Positions 60,477-64,000 of a DNA stretch of 64,000 nt are shown piece after piece. Within the stretch, counting starts at the first letter, position 1. Every line of letters begins with the position of its first letter. The notes beneath the pieces are model-generated. The model was not told where the DNA came from. It saw nothing but the letters and a program-made list of their open reading frames with translations, and made no database searches. The DNA comes from Thalassobaculaceae bacterium. Its GTDB lineage: Bacteria; Pseudomonadota; Alphaproteobacteria; Thalassobaculales; Thalassobaculaceae. Made by a program: the position numbers and the translations under genes. The stretch is taken from NCBI GenBank assembly GCA_040223655.1, contig JAVKFT010000028.1, positions 234,230 through 298,229 of the forward strand, read 5' to 3'.

Positions 60477-61370
60477 ATGCGCGCTCTTCTCCTCGCCCTG
60501 CTGATCCTCGCCGCCCCGGCCGCCCTCCTCTCGGTCGTTCCGCACCCCGCCGCCGCCACGGAGGGATGGGCCCGGGGCGACGGCACCCACGGGTCTCGGG
60601 CGGCGCTGAACGCCGATCTCGCGGATGCCCGCTTCGTCCTGCTCGGCGAAACCCACGACAACCCGCACCACCACGCCGCCCAGGCCTCCCTGCTGCGATC
60701 CATGGTCGATGCGGGCCGCAAACCGGCCGTGGTCTGGGAGATGGCGCCGCGCGACCAGCAGTCGGCGATCGACGCCTGGGCCGCCGGCCCGGACGCCGAC
60801 GATGCCGACGGCTTCGCCGAGGCGGTGGGGTGGGCGGAAAGCGGCTGGCCCGACTTCGCCCTGTACCGGCCGATCGTGGACGCCGCCATCGACGGCGGCC
60901 TGGCGATGGTTGCCGGCAACCTGCCATCGGGTGCCACACGATCGATCGCGCAAGGCGGCCTGGCGGCGCTCGGCGACCGGACGGTCGATGCATGGAGACT
61001 TTCCGACCCGCTTTCGGATGAGGCGACCGCCGCCCATCTGGACGCGGTTTTCGACGGTCACTGCCGCCTCGTTCCGCGGGAACGGTTGGGCACCATGGTC
61101 GACGTCCAGGTCGCCCGCGACGCCTCCCTGGCGGCGGCCATGGTGGGACATCCGGACGGCGCCGTGCTGATCGCCGGGCGGGGACACGTGCGCACCGATA
61201 TCGGCGTGCCTCTGCATCTCCGCCGCCTAGCGCCCGAAATGAAGACGGTGGCCGTCGGCCTGAGTGAAGGCCAGACGGTCGGCGCGTTCGACTGGATGCG
61301 CGCCTTCCGCGCGGCCGACCGGGACGACCCGTGCGAGAGTCTGCGGCAACGGTTCAAAGCCCATAATTAG
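60477..61370 (+). CDS. ChaN-family protein (heme-binding/EreA-like fold)
   Basis: VLLGETHDNPHHH..Q..LL, EM, W..SGW...LYRPI, Q..RD..LA, LIAG.GHVR..GVP; signal peptide without lipobox Cys. Confidence 0.8.
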   Translation: MRALLLALLILAAPAALLSVVPHPAAATEGWARGDGTHGSRAALNADLADARFVLLGETHDNPHHHAAQASLLRSMVDAGRKPAVVWEMAPRDQQSAIDAWAAGPDADDADGFAEAVGWAESGWPDFALYRPIVDAAIDGGLAMVAGNLPSGATRSIAQGGLAALGDRTVDAWRLSDPLSDEATAAHLDAVFDGHCRLVPRERLGTMVDVQVARDASLAAAMVGHPDGAVLIAGRGHVRTDIGVPLHLRRLAPEMKTVAVGLSEGQTVGAFDWMRAFRAADRDDPCESLRQRFKAHN

Positions 61371-61459
61371 AAGAACGGACTGTCTTAAACAATCTAATCG
61401 CTATCTGCCTGCTCCATTGTCGTGATAGCCTTACCACTCAAAGAATTCAGGTCCTGAGC

Positions 61460-61978
61460 ATGGCAAAGTCCCAGACACCTTGGGGTATCGCCTCCTGGTT
61501 CAAGAGTGACCGCGTCACACTGAGCGACATTGGCAAGGACTCTCCAATCGCCCTGGTCCATCAGTATTGGGCCTCCCTCATGGAAGACGGTCGTCTGCCC
61601 GCACGGCAGCAGATCGACCCGTTGGATCTCCCCAAGCGGACCCTGCCTTGGCTGTTCATCGTCGAGGTGACCCAGCGTGAGCCCGTGCTGGACTACCGGT
61701 ACCGGCTGGTCGGGACGGGGAACACGCTGCTTGTCGGCAGAGACGCCACGGGGTTTCTGGCGAGCGAGATCTTCACCGCCCGCGACACGGAGGTCGTCCC
61801 CTTGACCTTCGATGAGACCGTCCGGGCGGGCGAGCCAACGTACTGGCGGGCGACCGTGCCGAACGATCGGGTCGGTTCCGTCGAGATCGTCCGTGGGCTG
61901 TTCCCGCTCGCCGAGGACGGTATCGAGGTCGACGGGATACTTGGCGTCGCCCTGCCGGTCGGCGAGGCATCCGACTGA
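61460..61978 (+). CDS. Standalone PAS-domain protein (PAS_5/DUF1457-like)
   Basis: YW......GRLP.R..IDP.DL...LP.LF, YRYRLVGT, GLFPL..DG..VD. Confidence 0.75.
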   Translation: MAKSQTPWGIASWFKSDRVTLSDIGKDSPIALVHQYWASLMEDGRLPARQQIDPLDLPKRTLPWLFIVEVTQREPVLDYRYRLVGTGNTLLVGRDATGFLASEIFTARDTEVVPLTFDETVRAGEPTYWRATVPNDRVGSVEIVRGLFPLAEDGIEVDGILGVALPVGEASD

Positions 61979-62023
61979 TCGACGGGCCCCTCCTCCAAGG
62001 GATCGAAGCCCGGGACAGACGGG

Positions 62024-62052
62024 TTGCGTTGATCTGCGCATGAGAGTATATC
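62024..62052 (+). promoter_or_regulatory. sigma70-type promoter of rpmI-rplT
   Basis: TTGCGT-N17-TATATC. Confidence 0.55.
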
Positions 62053-62161
62053 CCCGCCTTCCCGCTCCGGACTAGCGCCGGGGTAGGGCCGTCGCGTCTG
62101 GGCGAAAAGGGCTGCCCGGCCGACGCGAAGTCGACAACGTCGAGACCAAAGGAGCGACAAA

Positions 62162-62359
62162 ATGCCCAAGATGAAGACGAAAAGCAGCGTCAAAGGCCGC
62201 TTTCGCACGACGGGGTCCGGAAAGATCAAGGGCAACGTCGCCTACAAGCGCCACATGCTGCGCCGCCGTTCCCAAAAGATGAAGCGACAGGCCCGCGGGA
62301 CCTTCGTGTTGGCCGAGGCCGACCAGAAGATCGTCAAGCGGTTCATGCCCTACGGTTGA
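62162..62359 (+). CDS. rpmI: 50S ribosomal protein L35
   Basis: MPKMKTKSSVKGRF..TGSGKI, KRHML. Confidence 0.97.
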   Translation: MPKMKTKSSVKGRFRTTGSGKIKGNVAYKRHMLRRRSQKMKRQARGTFVLAEADQKIVKRFMPYG

Positions 62360-62370
62360 GGAGCGGATAG

Positions 62371-62730
62371 ATGGCACGAGTCAAACGCGGTACGACCGCA
62401 CACGCCCGCCACAAGAAGGTCACCGACGCCGCCAAGGGCTACTACGGTCGCCGGAAGAACGTCTTCCGCGTCGCCGTCCAGGCGGTGGAGAAGGGCCAGC
62501 AGTACGCCTATCGCGACCGCCGCGCCCGCAAGCGCGACTTCCGCGCCCTGTGGATCCAGCGCATCAACGCCGGCGTCCGTCAGTACGGCATGACCTACTC
62601 GCGGTTCATGAACGGCCTTAAGCTGGCCGGCATCGACCTGGACCGTAAGGTCCTGTCCGACCTGGCGATCCACGAGCCGGACGCGTTCAAGAACATCGTC
62701 GATCAGGCCGAGGCCGCGCTCAAGGCGTAA
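62371..62730 (+). CDS. rplT: 50S ribosomal protein L20
   Basis: [43 protein letters not shown]. Confidence 0.98.
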   Translation: MARVKRGTTAHARHKKVTDAAKGYYGRRKNVFRVAVQAVEKGQQYAYRDRRARKRDFRALWIQRINAGVRQYGMTYSRFMNGLKLAGIDLDRKVLSDLAIHEPDAFKNIVDQAEAALKA

Positions 62731-62756
62731 GCCCGCAGTAGATCGCGAAGATGCGG

Positions 62757-62783
62757 AGGGCCGGTCGTTGGACCGGCCCTTTG
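62757..62783 (+). terminator. Rho-independent terminator of rplT
   Basis: AGGGCCGGTC-GTTG-GACCGGCCCT then TTG. Confidence 0.75.
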
Positions 62784-62811
62784 TCGTTTCCGGGTCGGGC
62801 TCGCCGGACGG

Positions 62812-63423
62812 TCAGCGGACGCGGACCAGCACCTCGTTCCGGCGCAGCATGCCCGGCGTCCACGGATCGTCGTAATAGGCGAGCAAAGGCGTTCCCTCCG
62901 CCTCCAGGCCACGGTCGGAGATCCAGTCCCGCAAACGCCCTTCCGCCCGCGCGAAGTCAGCGTCGTCCGCCCGTCCGCTGAAGCGGATCACGGCGAGCCG
63001 GGACGGCGGCCAGCGATGCAGGGTGACGTCCGAGCCGGCCGGCGCGGGGAGCGCGTCGAGATCGAACGCCGACGGCATCACGAAGCGGACCCGCCACTCG
63101 TCGCCCGACCGGATATCCGTCGGCTGCTGGATCACCGGCGCAGTCATGGCGATGCGGTCGCCCTCCCGGTCCTTGGCGAAGATGTAGGCGGCGAGCGCCC
63201 GGAAGCCCTGGCGCACCCCTTCCTGCCGATTGCCCTCGGTGACCGCTTCCGCCACCACCATCGCCGGGTAGTCGCGCAACTCGAAGTCTCCCTCGGCCTC
63301 GACCACGGTGTAGTCCGGCTGTTCCACGCTATGGGTCACCCAGTACCACCCTCCGGCCAGCGCGACGACCAGCACCGCAGCCGCCGTCAGCGCGCCGATC
63401 GACCATTTCACAATCCGGCTCAT
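62812..63423 (-). CDS. SOUL heme-binding family protein
   Basis: VEQPDY.V....G.FELRDYP, GFRALAAYIF, IAMTAPV, VRFVMP, Y.DPWTP..LRRNEV. Confidence 0.88.
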   Translation of the reverse strand: MSRIVKWSIGALTAAAVLVVALAGGWYWVTHSVEQPDYTVVEAEGDFELRDYPAMVVAEAVTEGNRQEGVRQGFRALAAYIFAKDREGDRIAMTAPVIQQPTDIRSGDEWRVRFVMPSAFDLDALPAPAGSDVTLHRWPPSRLAVIRFSGRADDADFARAEGRLRDWISDRGLEAEGTPLLAYYDDPWTPGMLRRNEVLVRVR

Positions 63424-63584
63424 CCGATCTCCCCGTTTCGCAGGGCCAGCGATCCCCGCCGCAGTGAAATGGGGCGAACGCCGCGGAAGGCGACCGGCGA
63501 CGCTCCAACCGGTTCCTGGGGGCTCGCAAAACCGTCGGCGACCCGTTAAAAGGCGCCACCGGACCGGGAAACGGGCACAGACAG

Positions 63585-64000
63585 ATGACAAACGTCGAAG
63601 CATTAGAGGCCGAACTGCTGGCCGAGGTTGAGCGTGCGGGCGATCTCGACGCGCTGGAACAGGTGCGGATCAGCGCGCTCGGCAAGAAGGGGCGCATCAC
63701 CGCCGAAATGAAGACCCTGGGCGGACTCGACCCCGAGACCCGCAAGGAGACCGGACAGGCGCTCAACCGGGTGAAGGACGCGGTCGCCGGCGCGCTCGAC
63801 GCCCGCAAGGCCGATCTCGCCGCCGCGGCCCTGGACGCCCGACTGCTGGCCGAGCGGGTCGACGTCTCGCTGCCGGTCCGCCCGGAGAGCAAGGGCCGGA
63901 TCCACCCGATCACCCAGACCATCGACGAGCTGACCGCGATCTTCGCCGAGATGGGCTTCGTCGTCGCCGAGGGCCCGGACATCGAGAGCGACTACTACAA
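63585..64000 (+). CDS. pheS: Phenylalanine-tRNA ligase alpha subunit (3'-truncated by window edge; absent from ORF track)
   Basis: MTNVEALE...[40 protein letters not shown]. Confidence 0.95.
   Translation, partial: MTNVEALEAELLAEVERAGDLDALEQVRISALGKKGRITAEMKTLGGLDPETRKETGQALNRVKDAVAGALDARKADLAAAALDARLLAERVDVSLPVRPESKGRIHPITQTIDELTAIFAEMGFVVAEGPDIESDYY

Overview
64-kb GC-rich chromosomal segment of an alphaproteobacterium (Rhodospirillales-like by gene order; taxon is inference). Mostly core and metabolic genes: a contiguous ccmB-I cytochrome c maturation cluster, purEK, a Cle-type (c-di-GMP-binding) CheY-like regulator plus an Hpt protein, a polar amino-acid ABC transporter with an appended GNAT, COQ9/def/rpsU, a Co-type nitrile hydratase operon, azlCD, a partial tetronate pathway (denD, otnI, otnK), mutY-DUF721-dsbA-smc, the F0 atp operon, tcuA-like+GntR, modEABC, CoA-transferase+GST, 5'-nucleotidase, an intradiol dioxygenase, exbB-exbD-exbD-tonB, a glycine betaine hub (fused glycine/sarcosine/dimethylglycine methyltransferase + metK facing betC-betB), fpr, a BVMO, cysE, marR-emrA-like, an alkaline-phosphatase-family enzyme + ChaN, a PAS protein, rpmI-rplT, a SOUL protein and the start of pheS. 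I saw no rRNA, tRNA, CRISPR array, cas gene, integrase or transposase. The most unusual items are: (i) the fused de novo betaine methyltransferase-metK operon, which has a ~280-nt hairpin-dense leader with mutually exclusive stems and an RBS-occluding stem (candidate new cis-regulatory RNA); (ii) three families of palindromic REP/REPIN-like elements, including an array with an exact 200-bp period; (iii) the Cle-Hpt pair; (iv) an unannotated 27-aa ORF between a Fur-like box and exbB; (v) a Pho-box-preceded phosphodiesterase-like + ChaN gene pair. All calls come from reading motifs by eye; no searches or folding programs were run.
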